IMG/VR virus record: IMGVR_UViG_3300028608_000007
Span: 96,001-160,000 of that record
Length of the DNA stretch: 64,000 bases
Direction: 5' to 3' (one strand)
Source of the DNA: a virus
Part shown: positions 36,450 to 46,207 of the stretch, one piece after another
Position numbering within the stretch: position 1 is the first letter of the stretch
Layout of the letters: each line of letters opens with the position of its first letter
Program-made: the position numbers and the translations under genes
The notes under the pieces: generated by a model
Told to the model about the DNA's origin: nothing
Seen by the model: only the letters and a program-made list of their open reading frames with translations
Databases searched by the model: none

Positions 36450-39361
36450 CCACGACTACCGCTGAGTTAATGGCCGCGATTGACGCGGTTCGCTTTAACC
36501 CCTCTGCGATCCACCGCTTAGCCCTGAACATTCTCGAAGAGACTCGCAACGGGGAGCGGGTGATTGTAGACCCCACCAACCCTTTCATGTTCCTGCTCGA
36601 ATCCAGTGCGGTTAACGTAGCGGCTGCTATGGCTGCTAACGAAGCCAACCTGCGTAAACAGTACGGGAGCATGGCACTGACCGAGGAGGAGATCTATCTC
36701 CACATGTCCGACCGGGACTACCTCGACCGGTTTGCTAAACCTTCTCGCACCGAGATCGGTATTCTGCTGTCGCTGGATGAGATCTACCAGCGTGTAGTCC
36801 CTACGGGGTCCGGTGGGATGAAGAAGATGGTGATCCCTCGTAACAGTGAGTTCACTGTGGCGGGTTACACCTTCACCATGCAGTACCCGATCGAACTGCG
36901 TGTGATGGCCAACAAAGGCTTGCAGGTAATCCACGACGTGTCACGTCAGTCCCCACTGATGTCGTTGACCTCGAACGTGGCAAAGACTGTACTGATGAAC
37001 ATCGACGGTCAAAAGTACCTGCTGATCTATGCGCCTGTGATTCAGGTCAAGATCGACGTTCAGTATCCCAAGCTGGTCTCGGCTACAGCGTTCCGCAAGC
37101 GTTACAACTTCGATAACCAGTTCTACTTCGCTCGTGTCTACATGGCTAACGCAGCCGGTGAGTGGGTAGAGATGGCGACCACCCACACTGATCAGGTCTA
37201 TGACCCGATGACGCCCACTGCGGTACTCAAGGTGTTGGAAGGCCAACTCGAAGTCAGCATCCCCATGATCTACCAATCTGCGGGTACGGTTGAGTCCGAA
37301 CTGCGGCTGGAGATCTACACCACTGTAGGTCCACTGGATCTGATCCTGAACAACTACGAGCCAGGTTCCTATACTGCTCGTTGGGTGGACTTGGACAATG
37401 ATGACAACGGTGTGTTCATTGCACCGCTGGCTCAGTTCAGTTCTGTGTCGGTGTTCTCTGACCGGGTGGTAACGGGTGGTAGTGAAGCGTTGTCGTTTGA
37501 AGCCCTGCGTGAGCGCGTGATCACCAACAGTCTGGGTTCCCAGCAACTGCCGATCACTAACCAACAACTGACCTCGACTCTGTCGAACCTTGGGTACAAC
37601 TTGTCGACCAACATCGACTTGATCACCAACCGTCAGTTCTTGGCAACTCGTGTGTTACCTCCTCCGACGGATGGCTCGGTGATTGCTGGTGTGGCTTCCA
37701 CCGTGGCTACGTACCAAGCTTCGTTCGATGACCTGAAGACCCACGAGTACATTCGTGACAACGGTCTGCGGTTGACCATTACGCCAAAGGTATTGTTCCA
37801 AGGCTACAATGGTCAGTACGGTCTGGTCTCCAAGATGCGTACCGATGAGCTGCTGGCGATGCGTGGCTCTGATGCGTTCCTTCCCGAGCTGGAGCAGAAC
37901 CGTTACCTGGCGTCTCCGTTCTACTACGTGTGGGACATTGACAACGACATCTTTGACTGCCGCATGTATCACCTCGATGCACCGGAAGTTGAATCGAAAG
38001 TCTTTGTTCAAGAGAACGACACCACGGGTCTGATTGTTGCTACCGATACCTTTGCCCTCGAGAAGATCGACGAAGGTTACCGTGTGGTGATCAAGACCAA
38101 GTCCAGTGAAGAGTGGAAGTTACTGCGTGACGATCAAGTCTACGTTCAGTTGGCTTTCGTGGCTCAAGGTGAAACGGCTCGTGCGTACATTAACGGTACG
38201 CTGCTGGCGCGTGACGTCGATACCAACGAACGGATCTACGAGTTCAAGATCCTGACCAACTACGACGTGGATGAAGACCATGGTCTGATGATCAACAACT
38301 TCACCATCTTCGGTCAACTCCAGGACTGCCCAATCCCACTGGAAGGCAAGCTGGATATTCTGTACGTCGCGGCTGACTACAATTACCTCGACATGGTCTC
38401 CTCGGAGATTGACACGATCCTCGACAGCTCTTTGCTGCCTGAGAAATACATCGGGTTGATCCACGAGCAACTGAACGTCACCTTGGGTCACACCTTGGAT
38501 GGCTTCTGGTTGAACAACCGTTCGGTAGTTTCGTCTATCGAGTACATGACCTATCCGACCGACGTAATGGCAACCTATCAGGAAAACGTTTACGAACGTG
38601 ATCCGGTAACGGGTGCTGTTAAGGTGGAGATGGGGGCTGACGGGAAGCCGAAGTTCACCCTCTTGCATGCCAAGGGGGATATCGTTCGTGACTCAACTGG
38701 CGAGGTGACTTACCAGTACCGTGCGGGTGATGTGATCATCGATGCTCAAGGTAATCCGGTGCCAGCTAACCCTCGTGGGATGCTGCGTCAGACTGACCTG
38801 TTCCTGATGGATGGTCTGTACTACTTCGCTACCGAGGCGGCTTCTAAAGACTACGCTGCGAGTGTGCCTAACACTATCGTGTCGTGGTTGAAAGACGACA
38901 TTGCCCCAATCTCGACTCGACTGTTGGAGCAGACGGAACTGTTCTTCCATCCTCAGATCACCACGGGTTACGCCAAAGCGTTGGTGATGGATAACTTCGA
39001 AATCGATCTTGACACTGAACAGACTCTGACGGTTCGCTACTACTTGTCTGAGACTGGTTACAAGAACGCTGAGCTGCGTAAGAGCCTCGAGAGCACTGCT
39101 ATTGAAGTGATTCACGAAGCCTTTGCGTCTGCCCGTGTGAGCAGCAAGGACATCGCTGATCGCATCGAGCTGGCTGCTGGCGACGACGTTCACACAGTGT
39201 CGGTGACTGGTTTGGGTGGTGGAACTCCAGGTTACGACATCGTGTCGCTGCGAGACGAATCTGCACGCTTTGGGATTCGTAAGAAACTGGTAGCATTGGC
39301 TGATGGCACTTACGCGGTGGAAGACTCCGTGGAAGTATTATTCATCCAACACGGTAACTAA
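36446..39361 (+). CDS. Large virion structural protein (phiKZ gp87-like, probable baseplate component)
   Basis: 971 aa; synteny. Confidence 0.6.
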   Translation: MTTTTAELMAAIDAVRFNPSAIHRLALNILEETRNGERVIVDPTNPFMFLLESSAVNVAAAMAANEANLRKQYGSMALTEEEIYLHMSDRDYLDRFAKPSRTEIGILLSLDEIYQRVVPTGSGGMKKMVIPRNSEFTVAGYTFTMQYPIELRVMANKGLQVIHDVSRQSPLMSLTSNVAKTVLMNIDGQKYLLIYAPVIQVKIDVQYPKLVSATAFRKRYNFDNQFYFARVYMANAAGEWVEMATTHTDQVYDPMTPTAVLKVLEGQLEVSIPMIYQSAGTVESELRLEIYTTVGPLDLILNNYEPGSYTARWVDLDNDDNGVFIAPLAQFSSVSVFSDRVVTGGSEALSFEALRERVITNSLGSQQLPITNQQLTSTLSNLGYNLSTNIDLITNRQFLATRVLPPPTDGSVIAGVASTVATYQASFDDLKTHEYIRDNGLRLTITPKVLFQGYNGQYGLVSKMRTDELLAMRGSDAFLPELEQNRYLASPFYYVWDIDNDIFDCRMYHLDAPEVESKVFVQENDTTGLIVATDTFALEKIDEGYRVVIKTKSSEEWKLLRDDQVYVQLAFVAQGETARAYINGTLLARDVDTNERIYEFKILTNYDVDEDHGLMINNFTIFGQLQDCPIPLEGKLDILYVAADYNYLDMVSSEIDTILDSSLLPEKYIGLIHEQLNVTLGHTLDGFWLNNRSVVSSIEYMTYPTDVMATYQENVYERDPVTGAVKVEMGADGKPKFTLLHAKGDIVRDSTGEVTYQYRAGDVIIDAQGNPVPANPRGMLRQTDLFLMDGLYYFATEAASKDYAASVPNTIVSWLKDDIAPISTRLLEQTELFFHPQITTGYAKALVMDNFEIDLDTEQTLTVRYYLSETGYKNAELRKSLESTAIEVIHEAFASARVSSKDIADRIELAAGDDVHTVSVTGLGGGTPGYDIVSLRDESARFGIRKKLVALADGTYAVEDSVEVLFIQHGN

Positions 39362-39370
39362 CGGCATAGA

Positions 39371-39390
39371 GGGAGGGCGCAGGCCCTCCC
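39371..39390. terminator. Bidirectional hairpin flanked by TATGC on both strands
   Basis: CGGCATAGA-GGGAGGGC-GCAG-GCCCTCCC-CTTATGC. Confidence 0.8.
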
Positions 39391-39399
39391 CTTATGCTG

Positions 39400-40635
39400 T
39401 CACTTCTTCTTGGACTTGTTGTAGTCGCGCAGCTTCTGCTTAGCGTCTTCATCGTCCGAGCTGGTGATTGCAGCCACCATTGCGGTGTGACCACCGTTTG
39501 CAGCGCGCTTGCTGAGTTCCACGAAGTGGTTACGCATGCGTTCGCACTTGGCCAACATGGCGTCGTACTTCTGCACCACGTCGATCATCTTGCGCATGGA
39601 AGTCAAGCAGCTACGCAGAGCACGGTCAACGTCAGTACCCACTTTCGGGTTGAACGAAGACTTCTCGAGACGGTTCACTTCGGTGAGCAGACCTTCGAGT
39701 TGCCCCGGTTGCTTGATCTTACGCAGCGGACACTTCTCAACCGAGTAGCCTTCCAGCTCAGCAACTACTTTGTCACCGTTGAAGGTGTTGGAGTAGGCTT
39801 GAGCGATGGTGGAGTTCAGGCTGTCGATGACTTCCCGCATGTCTTCTTGGTAATCGACTGGGTTGCTGGAGCAACGGTGGATCACTTGGAAGATGTTACG
39901 GATAGTTGGATCGGTGTCACGGATCTCGATATCGTTCAGAGTCGAGAGCACGCGGTTGATCGCCATCTCATCACCGGAGTTGTCCTTTTTGGACTCGGTG
40001 TTGATCAGAGAAGCCATCAACTTCATCTTGGTGACCAGCATCGCCATGGTGGAGTCAGCAGCCACCAAGCAACGAGTGATTGGGCCAACTGCCAGAATGT
40101 CACGCAGGACACCGTTGTACAGTTGAGCCATCTCATCGTAGATTGGTTTGAGCTTCTCTGCCTTGCGCTCCTCGTAGTCACGACGGATGGGGAGAGAAAC
40201 CATCTTCTCCAAGTCACGAGTGGACTTGATGGACTGGGTCATCTGTTCAGCCGACTTCTGGGCTTCCTTGGAAGCTTTGTCGTTGGCTTTGAACATACCG
40301 ACCAACCAGAAGATCAGTTTGGTCACCAAGGCTACGAAAGCTGCCACAGCACCACCAATCAGAGCCGCCGTTGCACCACTCATCGACTCCATCGAAACGG
40401 AGTAGTTGGTGAGCGTGGGGTTCTTACTGAAACTGTTGAGTTTCAAGTGGGCAGGGAGCAGGTGCTGAACCGGCTGGATCATGGACAGGCTGACGCCTTG
40501 TTCACGACGCATGGCGTTGACGACCATGTCGATATCCAGAACCTTGGACTCCATCGACAGCATGATCTCCTCTTCATCGAGGGTATCGGGCTTTTCGTAT
40601 TCGGGGAGACCGGTGGTAGTAGAGCTGAGGGTCAT
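39400..40635 (-). CDS. Head/ejection protein with a processed propeptide
   Basis: LSMES and VSMES sites, a TM-like segment and coiled coils. Confidence 0.65.
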   Translation of the reverse strand: MTLSSTTTGLPEYEKPDTLDEEEIMLSMESKVLDIDMVVNAMRREQGVSLSMIQPVQHLLPAHLKLNSFSKNPTLTNYSVSMESMSGATAALIGGAVAAFVALVTKLIFWLVGMFKANDKASKEAQKSAEQMTQSIKSTRDLEKMVSLPIRRDYEERKAEKLKPIYDEMAQLYNGVLRDILAVGPITRCLVAADSTMAMLVTKMKLMASLINTESKKDNSGDEMAINRVLSTLNDIEIRDTDPTIRNIFQVIHRCSSNPVDYQEDMREVIDSLNSTIAQAYSNTFNGDKVVAELEGYSVEKCPLRKIKQPGQLEGLLTEVNRLEKSSFNPKVGTDVDRALRSCLTSMRKMIDVVQKYDAMLAKCERMRNHFVELSKRAANGGHTAMVAAITSSDDEDAKQKLRDYNKSKKK

Positions 40636-40645
40636 ACCAGTCTCC

Positions 40646-41092
40646 TTAGAATACAGCGTTGGTCTGGAAGACCTCGATCAGGTCGCGGTTCTCGTAAACA
40701 CACTTGTAGCGGTTTGCGATCTCGCAGGAAACTGGGTCGGTAACTTCACCGCACAGCAGGATGTTCTTCAGCAGGGAGCTGGCCGCTGGGTGAGTGGCAT
40801 CGTGACACAGACGGTAACGAGTGATCCACAGTTTGAACACCAGACCTTCAACGATGTCCATGTCGATCACGTGCTGTTCGTTGATCACGTTCAGCGCTTG
40901 ACCGATGTTGATGCGCAGGGTGTTGCGGTACCAGGCTTCTGGATGGTCCACAGCACTCGATGGGAGAGGAAGCTGAGCTGCCAGGGCGTCGGCCACCAAC
41001 AGGCTAACCACTTTGGTGCGGTCAGCGAATTGTACTTCGCCACAATCCAAAGCGCGTTGGATAGCAGCGGCGATAGGTTTAATCTGGAGCAT
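40646..41092 (-). CDS. Conserved head-operon protein
   Basis: 148 aa between two head genes. Confidence 0.65.
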   Translation of the reverse strand: MLQIKPIAAAIQRALDCGEVQFADRTKVVSLLVADALAAQLPLPSSAVDHPEAWYRNTLRINIGQALNVINEQHVIDMDIVEGLVFKLWITRYRLCHDATHPAASSLLKNILLCGEVTDPVSCEIANRYKCVYENRDLIEVFQTNAVF

Positions 41093-41101
41093 GTGGGAGC
41101 C

Positions 41102-42370
41102 CTATGCGAATTTCAGGTTGGTGAGTTTCTCGGCAGTCACGAAGAGCTGGTTGTTCACCAGTTTCTCCAGTTCTACCTGGAAGCGGAGTTGTTCGTATTG
41201 ACGACGGCCGCTCGGCAAGATGGAAGTGTAGAAGAACTCCATCAGGGTGCGCTTGTCATCGATGTTCTTGAGCAACGCGTCGACCGCTTCGATGTCGAGG
41301 ACGATTGCTTTGCGCTGATCGGCTGGCAGGTCTTTTTGCTTGAGGGAAGCAACCAGCTCGCGCTTCATACGACCGAGGCGGGCACCTGGATCGTCGTACA
41401 GCTTCATGGCAGGGTTGATCAGGAGCACCAGCAGGATCAGACCGCAGGTAGGGATCAACAGGGCGAAGAACAGGATCACGCGGACCACAGTAGCGAAGAT
41501 GTGCATGCCAGTCGACATGTACGAGGCGTCGCCGCCGTAGTGACGGTGGATCTTGTCCAGACCAGTAGCCAGATAACGACCTGCGCCAGCCCGGATAGCG
41601 TACTGGTCAGCCAGCGCTTCGGTAGCAGTCAAGTCGTAGATGTTCGAGCCCAGGGAAGACTTGGCTTCGAGGATAGCTTTACGCAACACGACGGTCTGGA
41701 AGACTTCCTTGTTGTCGCACTTTACCAGTGCTTCAGGGTCATCCAGCGAGATTTCCAACGCCTTGCAAGCCTCGTCCAGAATCTGAGTCCGTTTTACCAG
41801 ATCGTCAGATTTGAAGAACGCTTGGGTGGCAGCGTGTAGAATTACGTTCGTCGTTAATGTATGACCGAGGAACTCGTAGTAGGTAAAGAGGTGACCCACT
41901 TCGTGCAGCGTTACGGCTGCTCGTTCTTCGTCACACAACAGGGTGCTTTCACACAGACCCTTATAAACAGTGAGCTGGTGTTCGATCTCGGTGAAGATAC
42001 CGTACACCCGGCCTTGTTGAAGGTCCACAGAACCCTTGATGATGTCGCTGCGACGGGCTTTGATGAACTTCTTCACGTCGGTGTTATCGATGTGAGGTTT
42101 CCACCAATCGTAGATCAGCGGGTTGTTCTTGTCGACCATCGGCGGAATGACATACGCGTTGATGTCATTGTTTTTCTCGACCTTGAATTTGACCTTGAGG
42201 CCAGTGTGACGCTTGATGATTTCTTCGAATCCGATCCGCTTGAGGGCGTCTCCTTCGTAGGCCTTCTCCGTGCGCATGCGTTGGAAGGCCAACGTAAGCT
42301 CTTTGAAGAAGACATCATTCTGGACCTGAATGGCCTCGAGGCCGATGGAAAGTCGTTTACTGGTTAACAT
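41102..42370 (-). CDS. Virion protein with an HExxH zinc-metallopeptidase motif
   Basis: AAVTLHEVGH, downstream EALADQYA and a C-terminal hydrophobic stretch. Confidence 0.7.
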   Translation of the reverse strand: MLTSKRLSIGLEAIQVQNDVFFKELTLAFQRMRTEKAYEGDALKRIGFEEIIKRHTGLKVKFKVEKNNDINAYVIPPMVDKNNPLIYDWWKPHIDNTDVKKFIKARRSDIIKGSVDLQQGRVYGIFTEIEHQLTVYKGLCESTLLCDEERAAVTLHEVGHLFTYYEFLGHTLTTNVILHAATQAFFKSDDLVKRTQILDEACKALEISLDDPEALVKCDNKEVFQTVVLRKAILEAKSSLGSNIYDLTATEALADQYAIRAGAGRYLATGLDKIHRHYGGDASYMSTGMHIFATVVRVILFFALLIPTCGLILLVLLINPAMKLYDDPGARLGRMKRELVASLKQKDLPADQRKAIVLDIEAVDALLKNIDDKRTLMEFFYTSILPSGRRQYEQLRFQVELEKLVNNQLFVTAEKLTNLKFA

Positions 42371-42455
42371 ATCAGCTCCATGGCTCGGGGGTGGGCTGTT
42401 AGAAAAGATGACTCATAATGATAGTTTGAGCATGGGCTACTAAAGGAAACGGGCA

Positions 42456-44147
42456 GTGAACCAACCGAATTTTAACCCAGATGAAGTTAAAGGTTACGAA
42501 GTCAAACACGTAACTTACACCAAGTCAAACAACCCGGATTCTCGGGACGATGCGCTGATCATCAAGAAGGTCGCGCACATGAAAAACGGGGATCTGATTC
42601 CGTTTGTTGATCTGGAAGTGAACTACAAACGCACGTTCTATTTGGAGCGTCAGCAGAACTATCAGGAGAAGAAAACTCAACAGAAGCGCAGCAGACTGCA
42701 ACCGTTCACGTGTACCCAGCGGAACCTGATTCCTGCTATTGGTCGAGCATTAGGGCGGGGTAGTTTAAAAGGTGGTTTACGGACCATCGCACGCAACCCT
42801 TACCTGTACGGTACTGACATCACCAGTGCCACGCTGTACAAGCAGGACTTCCGCAAAGCGTATCCAGATTGCAACTCCCCTAACCGGGTAGCCGTATTCG
42901 ACATCGAGACTGATGTGGTCACAGGCGACGGTAGCGAACCGATCTGTATGTCGCTCACCTTTAAAGACAAGGTGTATCTGGCGGTTACCAAGAAGTGGAT
43001 TGGTAGCATTCCAGACTTCGAGAAGAAGGCACACGCAGCAGCGGACAAGTACCTGAGCGAACACTTCAAAGCTCGGAACATCACCATGGAAGTTCAGGTG
43101 GTGGATACTCCGGGTCAAGCGGTGGTGGAAACCTTCAAGCGGGCTCACGAATGGCAACCAGACTTCGTGTCTGTATGGAACATCAACTTCGACCTTCCAA
43201 AGTGCTTGGCGGTGTTGAAGGCTGAGGGGATTGATCCTGCTCAGGTGTTCTCTGATCCATCCGTACCTGAGGAATACAAGTTCTTCCGTTATAAGGAAGG
43301 CAATGCGACCAAGGTAACTGCAACGGGTCGTGTGGATTCCATTCACCCAGCAGAACGTTGGCACGTAGCCGAATGTCCTGCCAGCTTCTTCTTGATCGAC
43401 TCGATGTGCGTGTACAAGCGCATTCGTATGGCCAAGCAGAACGAACCAAGCTACGGCTTGGATGCTGTAATGAAGAAGAACCTCAAGAACCTGGGTAAGC
43501 TCAAGTTCGCCGAGGCTGATGCTTATAGCGGTCTGCAATGGCACATCTTCATGCAGGAGCACTACAAAGTCGAATACAGCATTTATAACGTCTTCGACTG
43601 CATTGGCGTAGAACTGTTAGACGAGAAGATCAAAGACCTACAACTGGTTATCTCGACACAATCCAAAGCGTCGGAGTACACCATCTACAACTCGCAACCT
43701 AAGCGACTCGTGGATGACTTCTACTTCTTCTGCTTGGAGCGCGATTTCGTTCTGGGTTCTTGCTCGGATGAAATGGCGCACGAGTACGACCAGTACGTCA
43801 CCGACATGAAGGGTTGGATCGTTACGCTACCGTCTCACCAGACTGTGGATAACGGGATCAATGTGCTGGAAGAGATGCCAGACGTACGGACCTACATCCG
43901 TACGCACGTGGCTGACTTGGACATTGTATCGACTTACCCGAACGTACAGGTGATCCTGAACATCTCGCGTGAGACAACTCGTCGTGAGCTGTACAAGATC
44001 GCAGGTATCGACGTCCGTACACAACGGATGGCGGGGATCAACCTGACTGGTGGTCATGTCAACGCTGTAGAGATTGCGTGCTCGATCTACCAAGCACCAA
44101 ACTTCGACATGTTGCTGGCTGACTTCGAAGCTGAACAGGCGGCATAA
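42456..44147 (+). CDS. Split family-B DNA polymerase, exonuclease/N-terminal subunit (phiKZ gp82-like)
   Basis: Exo motifs FDIETD, WNINFD and YNVFD; polymerase motif A-like DLDIVSTYPN near the C-terminus. Confidence 0.85.
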   Translation: MNQPNFNPDEVKGYEVKHVTYTKSNNPDSRDDALIIKKVAHMKNGDLIPFVDLEVNYKRTFYLERQQNYQEKKTQQKRSRLQPFTCTQRNLIPAIGRALGRGSLKGGLRTIARNPYLYGTDITSATLYKQDFRKAYPDCNSPNRVAVFDIETDVVTGDGSEPICMSLTFKDKVYLAVTKKWIGSIPDFEKKAHAAADKYLSEHFKARNITMEVQVVDTPGQAVVETFKRAHEWQPDFVSVWNINFDLPKCLAVLKAEGIDPAQVFSDPSVPEEYKFFRYKEGNATKVTATGRVDSIHPAERWHVAECPASFFLIDSMCVYKRIRMAKQNEPSYGLDAVMKKNLKNLGKLKFAEADAYSGLQWHIFMQEHYKVEYSIYNVFDCIGVELLDEKIKDLQLVISTQSKASEYTIYNSQPKRLVDDFYFFCLERDFVLGSCSDEMAHEYDQYVTDMKGWIVTLPSHQTVDNGINVLEEMPDVRTYIRTHVADLDIVSTYPNVQVILNISRETTRRELYKIAGIDVRTQRMAGINLTGGHVNAVEIACSIYQAPNFDMLLADFEAEQAA

Positions 44148-44160
44148 AAGGCAAAAAAAA

Positions 44161-44182
44161 AGAAGGGGTGCAAGCCCCTTCT
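44161..44182. terminator. Bidirectional hairpin flanked by TATGCC on both strands
   Basis: GGCATAAAAG..A-tract-AGAAGGGG-TGCAAG-CCCCTTCT-TTATGCCGTC. Confidence 0.8.
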
Positions 44183-44190
44183 TTATGCCG

Positions 44191-44742
44191 TCAATTATCG
44201 CGACTGTGATCGAAGCGATCGATCTTGATCTTGACAGGTTCACTGAAGTCGTCGGTGTCGTATTCCAACATGACAGACGCAGTTACATTGTCAACCCGGA
44301 TCGACCACTCCACCCATTCGAAATCAAAGAACACCAACTGGAAAGTATGGTCCTTATATTTCTCGAAGAAGTTATCCAGCACCGGCATCGGTTCAGGACA
44401 GATAAAGCGACGCAGTTCAGCAGCAGGGTAATTCCTGCGCATGATCAACGACTTCACCGAAGCCAAGCGCCCTGTGCGGACAGTAGCTAACATCGCCAGT
44501 TCGTCAGTCAAGACGTAGTAGTCTTCTCTGCCTTCGCTAGCACCCACAGCGTCAACGGTAGCGCGCCAGCCCGGTAGATGTTGCAACAGGCTAACGTGAG
44601 AACGAGCAAACACGCGGTCGGCCTCATCCTTACTAACAAGGTCCTCGCCATCCTCGAAGAAGTCCACTTCGAACTCTTCAAGGGTGGACATGGACATATG
44701 CTGCGTACCGGTGTCAGGTTCTAAGCTGACACGCCAGTTCAC
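44191..44742 (-). CDS. Hypothetical acidic protein
   Basis: 183 aa; GTGA overlap with the upstream gene. Confidence 0.65.
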   Translation of the reverse strand: MNWRVSLEPDTGTQHMSMSTLEEFEVDFFEDGEDLVSKDEADRVFARSHVSLLQHLPGWRATVDAVGASEGREDYYVLTDELAMLATVRTGRLASVKSLIMRRNYPAAELRRFICPEPMPVLDNFFEKYKDHTFQLVFFDFEWVEWSIRVDNVTASVMLEYDTDDFSEPVKIKIDRFDHSRDN

Positions 44743-45704
44743 TTGATTTCACCGTAGATTGGTTGTTGGAAGTCAGAGTCGTACGCGAACTCACCCGGCA
44801 GGTGGTTGTTACCATCGGCCAGTTGGATTTGCAGAACGCGCGGTTTGTCGCCACGAGTGATGCAAATCACGTTATCGTAGTCTGGGTTCTCCCACTCGAC
44901 CAGTTGAGCACGGACCGGAGTTTCGTCTGGACGAGCCAGACCCACATCAACCACACCCACTTCCAACGGGGTAGTCGACTGAGCCAACAGCAGGATCACG
45001 TGGGACAACACGTTGAAAGGCTGAGCCGCCGAGATGAACAGCTCATAGCCCACCTTGTCCACGAGACCAGTGGTGTAGATGAACTGAGCGACATCCCCGT
45101 TGGCTTCTACGTGGTGTGCAGCAAAGCCATGCGCAGCGATCAGGCGATCAGTACGATCTTGCACCAACGCACGTTCAACCGATTGCATGGTCTTGACCAG
45201 TTGATCACGGGTCAGGTCCTTACGAGCAGCCAGACCTGCGAAGAACAGATCACGAGTAATCGCAGCTTCGACGAACTCACGGGTGTGGAAAGCCGTGGCG
45301 ATCATTTCTGCTTCGAACTGCTCGATGTACAGCTCAGGTGTGTTGGCCACCTTGATCAGGAACTCACGCAGGTCAGCGCCAGTGGGGATCAGGTCGTGTA
45401 CGAAGAACAGGTTACCCACGATCGGGGCATCATTGTATTCTTCTGGCTCGACGTAGCGACCGTAGTCGTTGTTGACGAGGTACTCGATGAACCCGGTGCA
45501 GACTTTCTCTGCTTCTGGGTGCCCGACCTTTTCGAGGTTGGTGTAGCTGTGCACGCCTTCTGGCAGTTGGATCGACGAGACGTAGATCTCGTACACCTGG
45601 TACGGGTTGAACTGCTTGCTGGCCTCAAAACCGAATCCGAAGAACGAAGCCATTTGCATTGGGGCCACTTGGAAGATTGCGCGTGCGCCTTTATGTGCTT
45701 GCAT
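44739..45704 (-). CDS. Two-domain protein with a C-terminal DUF4262-like domain
   Basis: FIYTTGL..YELFIS and LADGNNHLPGE..Y..QP parallel the 2625 protein. Confidence 0.6.
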   Translation of the reverse strand: MQAHKGARAIFQVAPMQMASFFGFGFEASKQFNPYQVYEIYVSSIQLPEGVHSYTNLEKVGHPEAEKVCTGFIEYLVNNDYGRYVEPEEYNDAPIVGNLFFVHDLIPTGADLREFLIKVANTPELYIEQFEAEMIATAFHTREFVEAAITRDLFFAGLAARKDLTRDQLVKTMQSVERALVQDRTDRLIAAHGFAAHHVEANGDVAQFIYTTGLVDKVGYELFISAAQPFNVLSHVILLLAQSTTPLEVGVVDVGLARPDETPVRAQLVEWENPDYDNVICITRGDKPRVLQIQLADGNNHLPGEFAYDSDFQQPIYGEIK

Positions 45705-45706
45705 TA

Positions 45707-46207
45707 TTAATGCTCCTTAGCATCAGTAGTTTCGTCGAATTCGATATCGATGTGACGAAGAATTTGTAGGAGTTCGTCAAAGACTTCCACGAGGGGACGC
45801 TCCTTGACGTATTGCAGGTGCGGGAAGAAGCGAACCACCTTACCGTCGGGACGAACAGCCCCAATGTAGTAGATCGCTTCCCAGGAGACGATAGGCATGT
45901 TCCCGTGCATCTTCTTCGCCAGCCCCATGGTCCACTTCAAACATAGGCCTTGGGAACTAACGCCGAAGATGCTCAGGTTGTGATACCACTCCAGGATAGT
46001 GCTGTAGTAGGTGATCTTGTAGCCTTCGAAGGTCCAGGTGTCCCAGTCGATGGCATCCATGTGCAGCTCCATGAAGAACTGGCTACCTTTAGCCAGCTCC
46101 GCATGATAGAACTTGTCGTACAGACGCTTCATGGTCTGACCAGCTTTGAGACCATTGAACGCCAACAACACGCTACGGATAGCGGTAACGCCGGAGTCCT
46201 GGCTCAT
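45707..46207 (-). CDS. Hypothetical protein
   Basis: 166 aa in the operon. Confidence 0.65.
   Translation of the reverse strand: MSQDSGVTAIRSVLLAFNGLKAGQTMKRLYDKFYHAELAKGSQFFMELHMDAIDWDTWTFEGYKITYYSTILEWYHNLSIFGVSSQGLCLKWTMGLAKKMHGNMPIVSWEAIYYIGAVRPDGKVVRFFPHLQYVKERPLVEVFDELLQILRHIDIEFDETTDAKEH

Noticed and set aside
39394-41839. 449-aa and 452-aa plus-strand ORFs
   Set aside because: They span several real minus-strand genes; codon-bias shadows.
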